Assembly (NCBI GenBank): GCA_025060295.1
Contig: JANXCH010000006.1
Coordinates: 5,257 to 69,256, forward strand
Direction of reading: 5' to 3'
Length of the DNA stretch: 64,000 nt
DNA from: Dehalococcoidia bacterium
Lineage (GTDB): Bacteria > Chloroflexota > Dehalococcoidia > Lucifugimonadales > HRBIN23
A program made the translations under genes and the position numbers. Under the pieces are notes generated by a model. That model did not search any database and was not told the origin of the DNA. It worked only from the letters and a program-made list of their open reading frames with translations. Below, piece by piece: positions 1 through 8,569 of this stretch (positions are counted from its first letter, which is position 1; each line of letters starts with the position of its first letter).

Positions 1-196
1 TGCGGGAGAGGGTGGCATAGTACCGGGGGACCCCCAGTTGTCCTGTGGGGAGAGCGTGGATGTAGCGGAGCAGGTGCGTATTCTTCCGGCACTGCTCTTG
101 CACCTCGGGTGTGAGGGAGCGGAACAGGGGGCACTCAAAGAGGTGCTCCTCCGTTTCGGGGGCGTGCGTGGGAATGGCGACGCTGTGGGTGGTCAT
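1..196 (-). CDS. arlI: Archaellum assembly ATPase ArlI/FlaI, first 65 codons only (gene runs off the left edge)
   Basis: Own translation from ATG at 196: MTTHSVAIPTHAPETEEHLFECPLFRSLTPEVQEQCRKNTHLLRYIHALPTGQLGVPRYYATLSR, open to position 1. It starts 9 nt after the arlH stop, behind a GGGAAG SD-like motif. The CP.F..L...HLL.Y...LP...G.P.Y pattern matches my memory of FlaI N-termini. Too short to be certain. Confidence 0.55.
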   Translation of the reverse strand, partial: MTTHSVAIPTHAPETEEHLFECPLFRSLTPEVQEQCRKNTHLLRYIHALPTGQLGVPRYYATLSR

Positions 197-205
197 AAGC
201 TTCCC

Positions 206-919
206 TTATGCTTTGGCCTTGGTGAAGGGGATGATGCGCATACCCCAGCCCGGTTCCACATCAAAACTGATGATGTTGCCGGTGGTTTGCTCGGCACCCC
301 GCACTTTGGAAGCCACCAGCACTCGCACCACCCGCTCCCCCAGGTTTTCAATTCCCAAATGCAAATGGGCATCACAGAGGGAACTGATGCGCACCAGAAG
401 GCTTTCACTGAAGGCGTGGGAGTGGGCAGCCACGACGATGCTGGTTCCGTCATTGCAGATGCTTTTACATTCCTCAAAGAAGGCGATGACCTCCTCGGGG
501 GCGGAGTGAACGACGAAGGAGGTGATGGAATCTATGGCCACCAGGTCCCTTTTCCGCTGGGCGCGGAGAGCGGTGAGGAGGTCTTGGAGGGTGCGCTCCC
601 AGCGAATCTTGCCCTGCATGGCTTTGATGGGGTAAACCTTCAGTTTCCCCAAGAGAAGGTAGTCCGTAACATCTTGATTGAGGCTTTGCATCTGACGCAC
701 CAGGCTCTTGACCGTGTTCTCCGTGGTCAGCAGGGTAACGGTGAAGCCCCCTTTGAGGGAGCCCCAAAGCATCTGCTGGATGAGCACCGACTTGCCCGAA
801 TCCGATTGCCCCTCCACCAGCACGAGCGAGCCGGTGGGAATGCCCCCGCCTAACTTCTTATCTATCTCCGGGTTACCAGTGGAGATGATGCGTTGGCCTT
901 TGAGTGCGGTGGGTGCCAT
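206..919 (-). CDS. arlH: Archaellum protein ArlH/FlaH (single-domain KaiC/RecA-like ATPase)
   Basis: 237 aa. NPEIDKKLGGGIPTGSLVLVEGQSDSGKSVL (Walker A) and DLVAIDSITSF (Walker B-like). AAGGAGG SD 6 nt upstream of the ATG. Sits between the arlG-like and arlI-like genes as in archaeal arl operons. Confidence 0.8.
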   Translation of the reverse strand: MAPTALKGQRIISTGNPEIDKKLGGGIPTGSLVLVEGQSDSGKSVLIQQMLWGSLKGGFTVTLLTTENTVKSLVRQMQSLNQDVTDYLLLGKLKVYPIKAMQGKIRWERTLQDLLTALRAQRKRDLVAIDSITSFVVHSAPEEVIAFFEECKSICNDGTSIVVAAHSHAFSESLLVRISSLCDAHLHLGIENLGERVVRVLVASKVRGAEQTTGNIISFDVEPGWGMRIIPFTKAKA

Positions 920-1042
920 TAGCAGCCTCCTTGGGCAACGGTGTGGTGCGCGGCGTGCACACCCTGCCAGGGGATTTTGAAGTGTCGTCCCCTAGCATAG
1001 GGGGTGTAGGCACGCATATCGGACGGCGACTGCCACCTCCCA

Positions 1043-1585
1043 TTAGTCGCAGCGCGGGTCTATCCCGGTGAAGAAGGTGGACACCGCCACCCCGTTGGCA
1101 GTCGCCACGACGACCTGGTTGGCGCTGGTAGTGTTTGCACTTGGGGACAAACGGAACTGCAGCTTCACCTCCTCTAGGGGGTCCAAAAGGGTGGGTTGAA
1201 AACGCTCGGGGATAGCGTTCTCCTGGTGGATGTAGATGCCCTCCACCGTCCACTGGTTGTTGCCAAGATAGGGGCCGGGGGTATAAACCAAGCGCTTTTG
1301 GTGGTAGGTGCCGGCGGTGTCGTAATACTGTACGAACACATCCCATCGGGGGAAGTGGAAGAGGGGCACCTCCCCCGTGTTCTTCAGCACCACATATACC
1401 TGGTGCCCCGTGCTGGAGGTGCATACCGCCCCCAGCCGGCTCCGCACGGTCTGGGCCATACGGGTCTGTTCCCTTTCCCAAGCATCGGCCAGTCGGTGCA
1501 GAGAGGCGAGGGCACTGTGGCCCACAAAGGCCACGCTGGCCAGCAGAAGGGCGATGCTGACCAGGCTTGTTATGGCGCTGACCAT
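1043..1585 (-). CDS. ArlF/ArlG (FlaF/FlaG)-family archaellum protein; position suggests ArlG
   Basis: 180 aa. One N-terminal hydrophobic helix (AITSLVSIALLLASVAFVG), then a beta-rich domain with VVLKNTGEVPL...WDVFV, as I recall for FlaF/FlaG stator proteins. 12 nt downstream of the preceding paralogue. Confidence 0.65.
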   Translation of the reverse strand: MVSAITSLVSIALLLASVAFVGHSALASLHRLADAWEREQTRMAQTVRSRLGAVCTSSTGHQVYVVLKNTGEVPLFHFPRWDVFVQYYDTAGTYHQKRLVYTPGPYLGNNQWTVEGIYIHQENAIPERFQPTLLDPLEEVKLQFRLSPSANTTSANQVVVATANGVAVSTFFTGIDPRCD

Positions 1586-1597
1586 GCCGCACGGCCC

Positions 1598-2110
1598 CTA
1601 GTAGCTGAACCATTGCTCCGCGTGGGCTCCTGTGGGCGTGATGACCTTGACCAAATATGTGCCCGAGGGTTGGGGCTCGGCGAAATGAATGGAGATCTTG
1701 AGGGTAGCCATGCTTTTCCATTCGGTGTCGTTTTCCAGGGTGTAGGACCAGCTGGGGAATGCCCCGCCCGCATCGCCCACATAGGGGACGCGCAGGAAGG
1801 AGCCGGGCCTGCCGTAGAACACATCCACGTCGGTGATGCCCAGAATGCGACTACTCCCCACATTCTTCACCCAGAGCGTTACATCAAAGAGGCCGTCGCC
1901 GTCGGTGTCCTGCCACGTGCCGCCGGAGTCCAGTTCCCCTGTGGCGAACACAATGCTGATGTGGGTTTCAATGCGCTCGTTCATCTGTTGCGCCACATTG
2001 ATGATGGCGTTGCCTCCCCGCACAACCGCAGGGTACACACTACGCATCACCACTAAGGTGGCAATGACGCCAGCAATGATCAGCAGAACAGTGCTGATGG
2101 CTTTGTCCAT
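1598..2110 (-). CDS. ArlF/ArlG-family or archaellin-like protein; position suggests ArlF
   Basis: 170 aa. N-terminus MDKAISTVLLIIAGVIATLVV fits a class-III (type IV pilin-like) signal pattern (K-A-I-S-T-V). It is followed by a beta-rich domain with LWVKNVGSSRILGITDVDVFYG. Confidence 0.65.
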   Translation of the reverse strand: MDKAISTVLLIIAGVIATLVVMRSVYPAVVRGGNAIINVAQQMNERIETHISIVFATGELDSGGTWQDTDGDGLFDVTLWVKNVGSSRILGITDVDVFYGRPGSFLRVPYVGDAGGAFPSWSYTLENDTEWKSMATLKISIHFAEPQPSGTYLVKVITPTGAHAEQWFSY

Positions 2111-2161
2111 GCCTTATTGCTCCAGGCGACGCCATCACGGTGATGCCTCACAGAAGGCCCT

Positions 2162-2710
2162 CTAGCACAGCACATGCCCTGGCTCCAGGCGTGTCCATCC
2201 GTGGGGGAACGCCTTCTGGTAGGTGCGTAGGTTCTCCACAGCCACCTGTGCCAAGGCGCGATAGCGCGCAGGATGGCTGCGCAGGTAGTGCTGCAGAACA
2301 TCCACCGGGATGGCGACGGCCTGCACGTCCCCGAGGGCTGTTACGGTGGCCGGATGAGGAGCACCGTCCACCAGGGAAAGGAGGCCGATGTCGGCTCCGG
2401 GTCCCAAGAAATGTACAAAAGCCCAGAAGTCTCGGGAGCCGGGCACGGGCACCTCCATCACGGCGGCGGCTCTGCCTTCGGTCAGGAAGAGCACAGCATC
2501 CACAGGGCTACCTTGCTGCACCACAACGGTCTCCATAGGGCAACGCAGCCAGTGGGCGCGGGCCAGCAGATGCTCCAACTCCTTGCTGGAGATGGAGCGC
2601 AGGAGCCTATTGGTGCGCAAAACGCGCCATCTGTGCTCCTCGTATGACTGGGAAGGAGAGTGCTGGAGGAAACCGTCGGTGGCCGGCGGTGCGGGACGGG
2701 CCTTATGCAT
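2162..2710 (-). CDS. Stand-alone cyclic-nucleotide-binding (CAP effector) fold protein, no output domain
   Basis: 182 aa. Core VVVQQGSPVDAVLFLTEGRAAAVMEV...FLGPGADIGLLSLVDGAPHPATVTALGDVQAVAIP matches the cNMP-binding beta-barrel pattern. GAGGAG SD 8 nt upstream. 51 nt upstream of the arlF-like gene on the same strand. Confidence 0.75.
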   Translation of the reverse strand: MHKARPAPPATDGFLQHSPSQSYEEHRWRVLRTNRLLRSISSKELEHLLARAHWLRCPMETVVVQQGSPVDAVLFLTEGRAAAVMEVPVPGSRDFWAFVHFLGPGADIGLLSLVDGAPHPATVTALGDVQAVAIPVDVLQHYLRSHPARYRALAQVAVENLRTYQKAFPHGWTRLEPGHVLC

Positions 2711-2935
2711 CAGCAGTGCTCCTCTGATGACGCTGATTCCAGGATGCCCAGGAGGTAGTTGACAGAAGGAGAGGGCATCCCCTTACCTGTTCCGTCGTTA
2801 TCCTTCAAAGAGGGGTGGGGAAGTCCTGGGTAGCCGAGAAGGGCAAGACCTACAAGCCCAGTAAGGTAAAGCCTGTGGTGGGGGGATGGCGGAATTGGGC
2901 GCAGTTGAACCCAGCCGCCACACTCCCTCTGGTTC

Positions 2936-2964
2936 TTGCCTGGACGCGGTTAGTGTGCTAAGCT
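2936..2964 (+). promoter_or_regulatory. Possible sigma70-type promoter for pyrF (TTGCCT-17-TAAGCT), implying a very short or absent leader
   Basis: Consensus-like hexamers with 17-nt spacing. The -10 ends 7 nt before ATG 2972. Pattern match only. Confidence 0.25.
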
Positions 2965-2968
2965 GGCG

Positions 2969-3835
2969 GTGATGGCCACAACCCCACAATCCTTTTTCGC
3001 CCGTCTGGAGTCCTGCGCCCAGGCTCATCGCAGCCTTCTGTGCATCGGCCTAGACCCTGATCCGGCTTCGCTCCCCATACCTGACCTCACGGCCTTTCTG
3101 ACGGGAGTGATAGAAGCCACTCAAGACCTGGTGGCTGCCTATAAGCCCAACCTGGCCTTTTATGAAGGGCTAGGGGCCGAGGGCTGGAAGGCCTTGGAGG
3201 CGGTGCGTCGGGCCATTCCCCCGTCCATACCCGTGATCGCCGATGCCAAGAGGGGGGATATCGCCTCCAGCGCCCGGTGGTATGCCCGTGCCCTCTTTGA
3301 TGTATGGGGTTTTGACGCCGTTACCGTGAACCCCTACTTGGGCCAGGACAGCGTTGAGCCATTCCTGACATACGCGGATCGGGGCGTGTATCTGCTCTGC
3401 CGCACTTCCAATCCCGGTGCCCGAGATCTGCAGGACTTGGTGTTCACCTCGCCGTACGGTGGCGAGAGCCTCCCCCTTTATCAATGGGTTGCGCTATGCG
3501 CCCAGGCGTGGAACACCTATGGCAATGTGGGCCTTGTGATGGGGGCCACCTACCCCGAGGAGATGGCCCAGGTGCGTGCCCTCTGTCCTACCCTTCCCTT
3601 ATTGGTGCCCGGTGTGGGTACCCAGGGCGGACAGGTGGAGCAAGTGGTGCAGAAAGGCTTGGCCATTCACGGTCTGGGGATGATCATCAACGTGTCGCGG
3701 GCTGTGCTGTATCCTGGGGGCAGCGGGAGTTCGTGGCAGGAAAGGGTGCGTCAGGCGGCGCAGGCATGGCGGGAACGCATCACTTCTGCTTTGGAAAAAG
3801 CAGGGCGGGGGTGGGGGGATGCGCCCTCCCCTTGA
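2969..3835 (+). CDS. pyrF: Orotidine-5'-phosphate decarboxylase, type 2
   Basis: LLCIGLDPD, AAYKPNLAFYE, VIADAKRGDIASS motifs. Start is either GTG 2969 or ATG 2972. Confidence 0.85.
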   Translation: MMATTPQSFFARLESCAQAHRSLLCIGLDPDPASLPIPDLTAFLTGVIEATQDLVAAYKPNLAFYEGLGAEGWKALEAVRRAIPPSIPVIADAKRGDIASSARWYARALFDVWGFDAVTVNPYLGQDSVEPFLTYADRGVYLLCRTSNPGARDLQDLVFTSPYGGESLPLYQWVALCAQAWNTYGNVGLVMGATYPEEMAQVRALCPTLPLLVPGVGTQGGQVEQVVQKGLAIHGLGMIINVSRAVLYPGGSGSSWQERVRQAAQAWRERITSALEKAGRGWGDAPSP

Positions 3836-4061
3836 TATCCGAGTGGGGGATGTGCTGGTGTTGCGCAAACCCCACCCCTGTGGGGGAAGCGCCTGGGAGG
3901 TCTACCGAGTGGGGGCGGATATCGGCCTGCGCTGTCAAACCTGTGGGCGGCGGGTGGTGCTCCCTCGTTTTCGGGTGGAGGGTCGGGTGAAACACCTCCT
4001 GCGCCCTGCTCCAGGAAAGCCTGTGCCTACCCCGCGTGAGGGTGAAAAAGGGGGTAGTTAG
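3819..4061 (+). CDS. DUF951-family small protein
   Basis: 80 aa. VGDVLVLRKPHPCGGSAWEVYRVGADIGLRCQTCGRRVVLPR matches the DUF951 pattern (vGD.v..kK.HPCG...W.v.R.GaD....C..CgR). Overlaps the pyrF end by 17 nt. Confidence 0.7.
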   Translation: MRPPLDIRVGDVLVLRKPHPCGGSAWEVYRVGADIGLRCQTCGRRVVLPRFRVEGRVKHLLRPAPGKPVPTPREGEKGGS

Positions 4062-4090
4062 CTAGGGTATCTGGGTGCCAGCAAGGGGGC

Positions 4091-4119
4091 TTGCATACCA
4101 CGGGCAAAGGCAGTATACT
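4091..4119 (+). promoter_or_regulatory. Sigma70-type promoter TTGCAT-17-TATACT
   Basis: Near-consensus hexamers with 17-nt spacing, about 110 nt upstream of the zinc-ribbon gene start. Confidence 0.4.
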
Positions 4120-4232
4120 GCGCCCGATTGCTCCCCGGCAGAGAGGCGGGGAGTGCGGGCACGGTGCGGTTGCCCGGCAAACACCAATGGGGCAGGAGTA
4201 GGTCTCGGCCCAACACCCTCAGGAGGAGTAGC

Positions 4233-4544
4233 GTGCCATTTGCGGACAAGACCCTGACCTGTCGGGACTGCGGGAACCAGTTCGTTTTCACGGCGGGCGA
4301 GCAACAGTTTTACCAGGCGCACGGGCTTCTGCACGAGCCGGCCCGCTGTCCCCCCTGCCGGGCGGCGCGCCGGCAGAGCCGCGCCACGAGCGGGAACTCG
4401 GTTGAGGGCAACCCCGTGCCCCGTCGCACCTTCCCGGCCATCTGTGCCCAGTGCGGTCAGGAGACCCAGGTGCCCTTCCAACCCCGGCAGGGACGCCCCG
4501 TATATTGTAGCTCGTGCTTTGCTAACCTGCGAGGGACGCGCTAG
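4233..4544 (+). CDS. Zinc-ribbon protein (two CxxC...CxxC units, zf-trcl-like)
   Basis: GTG start 5 nt after AGGAGGAG. DKTLTCRDCGNQFVFTAGEQQFY...RCPPCR and AICAQCGQETQVPFQPRQGRPVYCSSCF. The longer track ORF from 4128 lacks an SD. Confidence 0.65.
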   Translation: MPFADKTLTCRDCGNQFVFTAGEQQFYQAHGLLHEPARCPPCRAARRQSRATSGNSVEGNPVPRRTFPAICAQCGQETQVPFQPRQGRPVYCSSCFANLRGTR

Positions 4545-4633
4545 ACCCTGTGCCCATTGGGTTAGTAGGGCGTATCCCGCTCCGCCCTTTTGGCCTCCCG
4601 CCTGTGGGGCATCCTGGGGCCTAGGGTGTTCTG

Positions 4634-5515
4634 ATGCTGCTTGGTGATGCGGCGGGCTTGGGGTCAGCCTTTTGCTGGGCCTGGGGAGGGGTGATCGGCC
4701 GCCTCTTGGCCCGCCGCCTCGGGGTTGTGGCCACCACCGGGTTCCGCTCCACTTTGGCGGCCATTCTCGCCTTCGGGGTCGCCTTCGGGTTGGGACGGGG
4801 AGAAGCCCTCCTGCATCTGCCCCTGGTGCCTTTGGCGGTGCTCCTGGGGTCTACCCTAGTCATGCTCATGGGGGAGACGAGCTTCCTCACAGGCCTGAAA
4901 GTGGACTATGCCTCCCGAGTGTTTGCCGTCGCCTCCAGCGGGTACATCTTCATCAGCCTGCTCCTGTCGGCTTTCCTCACCCCGGAGCGCCTCCATTGGG
5001 CTACTGCCATAGGCGGTGTGCTGGTGGCAGGGGGAATAGGCCTTCTGTTCAGCCCTGGGGAGTTCCGGTCCTTTTTACGCGGCATGCATCTCGGGGGGTT
5101 GGGCTATGGGCTAGGTGCGGCGCTCTTTTGGGCCATCGGGAGCCTGGGTGCCAACTGGGCGGTGGACTGGGTGGATGTGTTCCTGGCCCACGCCCTGCGG
5201 ATGGCCCTCATCGGCCTGCTCCTGGTGCCCTTCTCCGTGCGTCAGCAAGGGTCGTTCTCCCGCCTGCTGGCCGACCGGGTGAGCCTGGGCCTGCTGGGGG
5301 CGGGTGCTGTGGCGGCCTATGGCTCGGGCCTGCTTTTCCTGGTGGCCCTGCGCTATACAAGTTTGGGGAATGCGGTGGTGCTCAGTTCCGTAGCGCCCAT
5401 CTTCGTGGTTCCCATAGCCCGTTGGGTGGGGCGGGAGCGGGTCACCTGGAGGTTGGTGGTGGGGGTGGTAACCACCGTGGTGGGGGTGTGGGTGGCACTG
5501 GTACCTGCCCTGTAG
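4634..5515 (+). CDS. EamA/DMT-family transporter
   Basis: 293 aa, about 9-10 hydrophobic helices, two EamA-like halves. Confidence 0.75.
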   Translation: MLLGDAAGLGSAFCWAWGGVIGRLLARRLGVVATTGFRSTLAAILAFGVAFGLGRGEALLHLPLVPLAVLLGSTLVMLMGETSFLTGLKVDYASRVFAVASSGYIFISLLLSAFLTPERLHWATAIGGVLVAGGIGLLFSPGEFRSFLRGMHLGGLGYGLGAALFWAIGSLGANWAVDWVDVFLAHALRMALIGLLLVPFSVRQQGSFSRLLADRVSLGLLGAGAVAAYGSGLLFLVALRYTSLGNAVVLSSVAPIFVVPIARWVGRERVTWRLVVGVVTTVVGVWVALVPAL

Positions 5516-5581
5516 GGTCAACCGATGGCACCTACCCGTGCTCCGGTGTAGAATAAAAACAGGGTTTCCAGCGGAGGGGGT

Positions 5582-6340
5582 ATGGCAGGCCATTCCAAGT
5601 GGGCACAAATCAAGCATCAGAAGATGGCGGCCGACGCCCGACGGGGCCAGTTATTTACCAAACTCGCCCGGGAGATCACCATCGCCGCCCGCCAAGGAGG
5701 CGGGGATGTGCAAACCAACCCCCGCCTACGCCTGGCGGTGGAACGGGCACGGGAAGCCAATATGCCCATGGAAAACATCCAGCGGGCCATCCGTCGGGGC
5801 ACGGGCCAGGGGGAGGAGCAGACCCGCCTGGAGGAGGTGGTCTACGAGGGGTATGGGCCGGGGGGGATAGCCATCCTGGTGCAGGCGGTAACTGAGAACC
5901 GTAACCGCACCGTTTCGGAGATTCGTTCGGTGCTGGAGCGGGGTGGAGGGAAGATGGGGGGCGTGGGGTCGGTCTCCTGGCTCTTTGAGCAGAAGGGTGT
6001 GCTGACCCTGGAGGAGCCCAACCCCCGGCGGGCGGAGAGCATCGCCCTGGAGGCCATTGACCTGGGTGCCGAGGACTTCGTTTTGGACGGCAGTTTCCTG
6101 GAGGTGCGGTGCCCCCCCGAGCGCTTTGAAGCCCTGCGTAAAGCCCTAGAGGAGAAGGGCATTACCTTCGCCTCGGCCGAGTTGGCCTTGGTGCCCAAGA
6201 CGACAGTGCCCCTGGACCCCGCCACTAGTGAGCAGGTCGTCCGCCTCCTGGACCGCCTGGAGGACCTGGACGATGTACAAAAGGTCTATACCAATGCCGA
6301 TTTCCCCAACGAGGTGCTGGAAGGCTACCGTGCGGCCTAG
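5582..6340 (+). CDS. yebC: YebC/PmpR-family transcriptional regulator
   Basis: MAGHSKWAQIKHQK...RLRLAVERAREANMPMENIQRAI. Confidence 0.9.
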   Translation: MAGHSKWAQIKHQKMAADARRGQLFTKLAREITIAARQGGGDVQTNPRLRLAVERAREANMPMENIQRAIRRGTGQGEEQTRLEEVVYEGYGPGGIAILVQAVTENRNRTVSEIRSVLERGGGKMGGVGSVSWLFEQKGVLTLEEPNPRRAESIALEAIDLGAEDFVLDGSFLEVRCPPERFEALRKALEEKGITFASAELALVPKTTVPLDPATSEQVVRLLDRLEDLDDVQKVYTNADFPNEVLEGYRAA

Positions 6341-6350
6341 GGGGTGAGGT

Positions 6351-6857
6351 GTGCGGGTCCTGGGGATTGACCCAGGCACTCTGCGGTTGGGCTATGCCCT
6401 GGTGGAGGCCCAGGGGGACACGGTGCGCCTGGAGACCTGCGGTATCCTGACTGCTCCGCGGCGCGCTCCGTTGCCGCGGCGGTTGTCGGCTCTGTATCGT
6501 GCCCTGGTGGAGACCACTGAGCGCCTGTCCCCCCATGTGGTGGCGATAGAGGAGCCTTTCGTGCCCCGACGGGAGCAGGCCGTGGCGGTGCGCACCGCCA
6601 TCGCCGTCGGGCAGGCCCAGGGGATCGCCTTCCTCGCCGCCGATGGTTTGCCGTTAGCCACCTACGCCCCCGCAGTGGTGAAGCAGGTGGTGGCCGGTCA
6701 CGGGCGGGCTAGCAAGGGCGAAGTGGCCGAAGCGGTGCGGGTGGTGTTGGGATTGTCGGCCTCTCCTGCCTCTCTAGACAGCGTGGATGCCATTGCTATC
6801 GCCCTGTGCCATTGCATCCTGGTCCAGGGGCGGGAACGCCTGGGGGTGGCCCCGTGA
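6351..6857 (+). CDS. ruvC: Holliday junction resolvase RuvC
   Basis: MRVLGIDPGTLRLGYALVE..., 168 aa, directly followed by ruvA. Confidence 0.9.
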   Translation: MRVLGIDPGTLRLGYALVEAQGDTVRLETCGILTAPRRAPLPRRLSALYRALVETTERLSPHVVAIEEPFVPRREQAVAVRTAIAVGQAQGIAFLAADGLPLATYAPAVVKQVVAGHGRASKGEVAEAVRVVLGLSASPASLDSVDAIAIALCHCILVQGRERLGVAP

Positions 6858-7441
6858 TTCGGGCGGTGCGGGGGAAACTGGAGGCGATCGGTCAGGATAC
6901 GGTGGTGGTGCAAGTCGGCCCCGTGAGCCTGGAGGTGGGAGTGCCAGCCTCGGTCATTCCCACCCTGGGGCCTGTAGGCTCCGTGGTATGTCTGTACACC
7001 ACTTTGTTCGTGCGGGACGAACGGCCTGTTCTGTTCGGTTTTCCGACCGAGGAGGGGAGGCGTCTTTTTGAATTGCTTCTAACGGTGAACGGGATTGGCC
7101 CGCGCCTGGGGATGGCTCTTCTCGGCCACTTATCCCCCCAGGAGATCAGCCGCGCCATCATACGGGGGGATGTGGATGCCCTGGCGCAAGCCCCCGGCGT
7201 GGGACGGAAAACGGCATCCCGCATCGTATTGGAGTTGCGGGAGAGGCTGGCCAAAAGTCTGTCCCCTGTCCCTGTTGACCTCTCTGACCAGCAGGACCTG
7301 GTTTCAGCTCTGCTGGCCCTGGGCTATTCCCGTGCGGAGGCCCAGGAGGCTCTGCGGGCCGTTCCCCAAAGCCCGGCCCTTCCCTTGGAGGAGCGTCTCC
7401 GCCGTGCCTTGGAGCATCTGGCACACAAGACCTCCTCGTGA
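6854..7441 (+). CDS. ruvA: Holliday junction branch migration protein RuvA
   Basis: GTG start overlapping the ruvC stop (GTGA). VIRAVRGKLEAIGQDTVVV..., HhH motif APGVGRKTASRIVLEL. The track start at 6806 would overlap ruvC by 52 nt. Confidence 0.9.
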   Translation: MIRAVRGKLEAIGQDTVVVQVGPVSLEVGVPASVIPTLGPVGSVVCLYTTLFVRDERPVLFGFPTEEGRRLFELLLTVNGIGPRLGMALLGHLSPQEISRAIIRGDVDALAQAPGVGRKTASRIVLELRERLAKSLSPVPVDLSDQQDLVSALLALGYSRAEAQEALRAVPQSPALPLEERLRRALEHLAHKTSS

Positions 7442-7495
7442 TAGGCTGGGAACATTGTCCACTGGTATACTGCTTCTAAACAGCAGGGCAGAGCC

Positions 7496-8569
7496 ATGAG
7501 TAGCCCGGAACAGCTCCTCGCCTTGTTGGACGACGCGGCCCATCGCGCTGCGTGCGACCCTTCGGGTTTTTGGACACGTATCGCCTCTCTGCCGGACCAG
7601 ATAGCCCAGGCGCGGGAGGCGGTGGGGGAGGTGGTGCTCTCCCGGGCGGTGCGGGCGAGCACGCGCATTCTGGTGGTGGGGATGGGGGGGTCGGCTATCG
7701 GGGGGGATCTTCTAGCCAGCCTGGCGGAGGCGCGCGGGGGGCCCCAGGTGGTGGTGTGGCGGGACTTCGGCCTGCCCGCGTGGGTGGACCAGCACACCCT
7801 TGTGGTCATCAGCACTTATTCCGGGGAGACGGCCGAGACCCTTTCTGCCTTCCAGAAGGCTTTGGGCAAGGGTCTGCCTATCGTGGTGATCACCTCAGGG
7901 GGGCGGGCAGCCCAGTGGGCGGTCCAGCATCGGATCCCCCTTCTGCGCATCCCCTACAAAGGGGAACCGCGCACGGCGGTGGGGTGGCTGTTCTTCGGTC
8001 TTTTGGCACTTCTGGAGCGTGCGGGGCTGTTCCCGGGCATTCCCGCCTCCCACTGGGGCGAGACCCTGGACCTGCTGCACACACAGACGCAGGCTCTCGC
8101 CTGTGCTACCCCGGCATCCCAGAACAGGGCCAAAATCCTGGCGGCCAGCCTCTACGGGAAAGTGCCGTTGGTCTGGGGAGGAGGGTTCCTGAAGGGAGTT
8201 GCCCACCGCTGGAAGACCCAGGTCAACGAGAACGCCAAACTGCCCGCTTTCGCGGAAACCATTCCCGAGATCTTCCACAACGCGGTGGAGGGAATGGCAG
8301 GCGGGCTGGAGCACTGGGGAGTGCTGGTGCTGGCGTCGGTCTTGTTGGACCCCGAGCATCAGCGCCGCGTGGAGGCGTTGGTGGACCTGTTAACAAGGCG
8401 GGGGATATGGTGCCAACGGATAGAGGGGCAGGGGGAAAGCATGCTCACGCAAGTGGCCGGTTTGCTGTTCCTGGGGGATTGGACGAGTTATTACCTCGCC
8501 CTCCTTTACGGACGAGACCCGGCACCCGTGCCCACCATCACCGCTTTGCGCCAACAGCTAGGGGTCTAG
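7496..8569 (+). CDS. Bifunctional phosphoglucose/phosphomannose isomerase (SIS family)
   Basis: VVGMGGSAIGGD, VISTYSGETAETL, 357 aa. Confidence 0.8.
   Translation: MSSPEQLLALLDDAAHRAACDPSGFWTRIASLPDQIAQAREAVGEVVLSRAVRASTRILVVGMGGSAIGGDLLASLAEARGGPQVVVWRDFGLPAWVDQHTLVVISTYSGETAETLSAFQKALGKGLPIVVITSGGRAAQWAVQHRIPLLRIPYKGEPRTAVGWLFFGLLALLERAGLFPGIPASHWGETLDLLHTQTQALACATPASQNRAKILAASLYGKVPLVWGGGFLKGVAHRWKTQVNENAKLPAFAETIPEIFHNAVEGMAGGLEHWGVLVLASVLLDPEHQRRVEALVDLLTRRGIWCQRIEGQGESMLTQVAGLLFLGDWTSYYLALLYGRDPAPVPTITALRQQLGV

Noticed and set aside
38-853. 271-aa plus-strand ORF (and nested ORFs 111..509, 474..767) across the arlH region
   Set aside because: It is antisense to a gene with clear ATPase motifs. 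The product is low-complexity, Gly/Ala/His-rich and has no SD. This is a typical long antisense ORF of GC-rich DNA.
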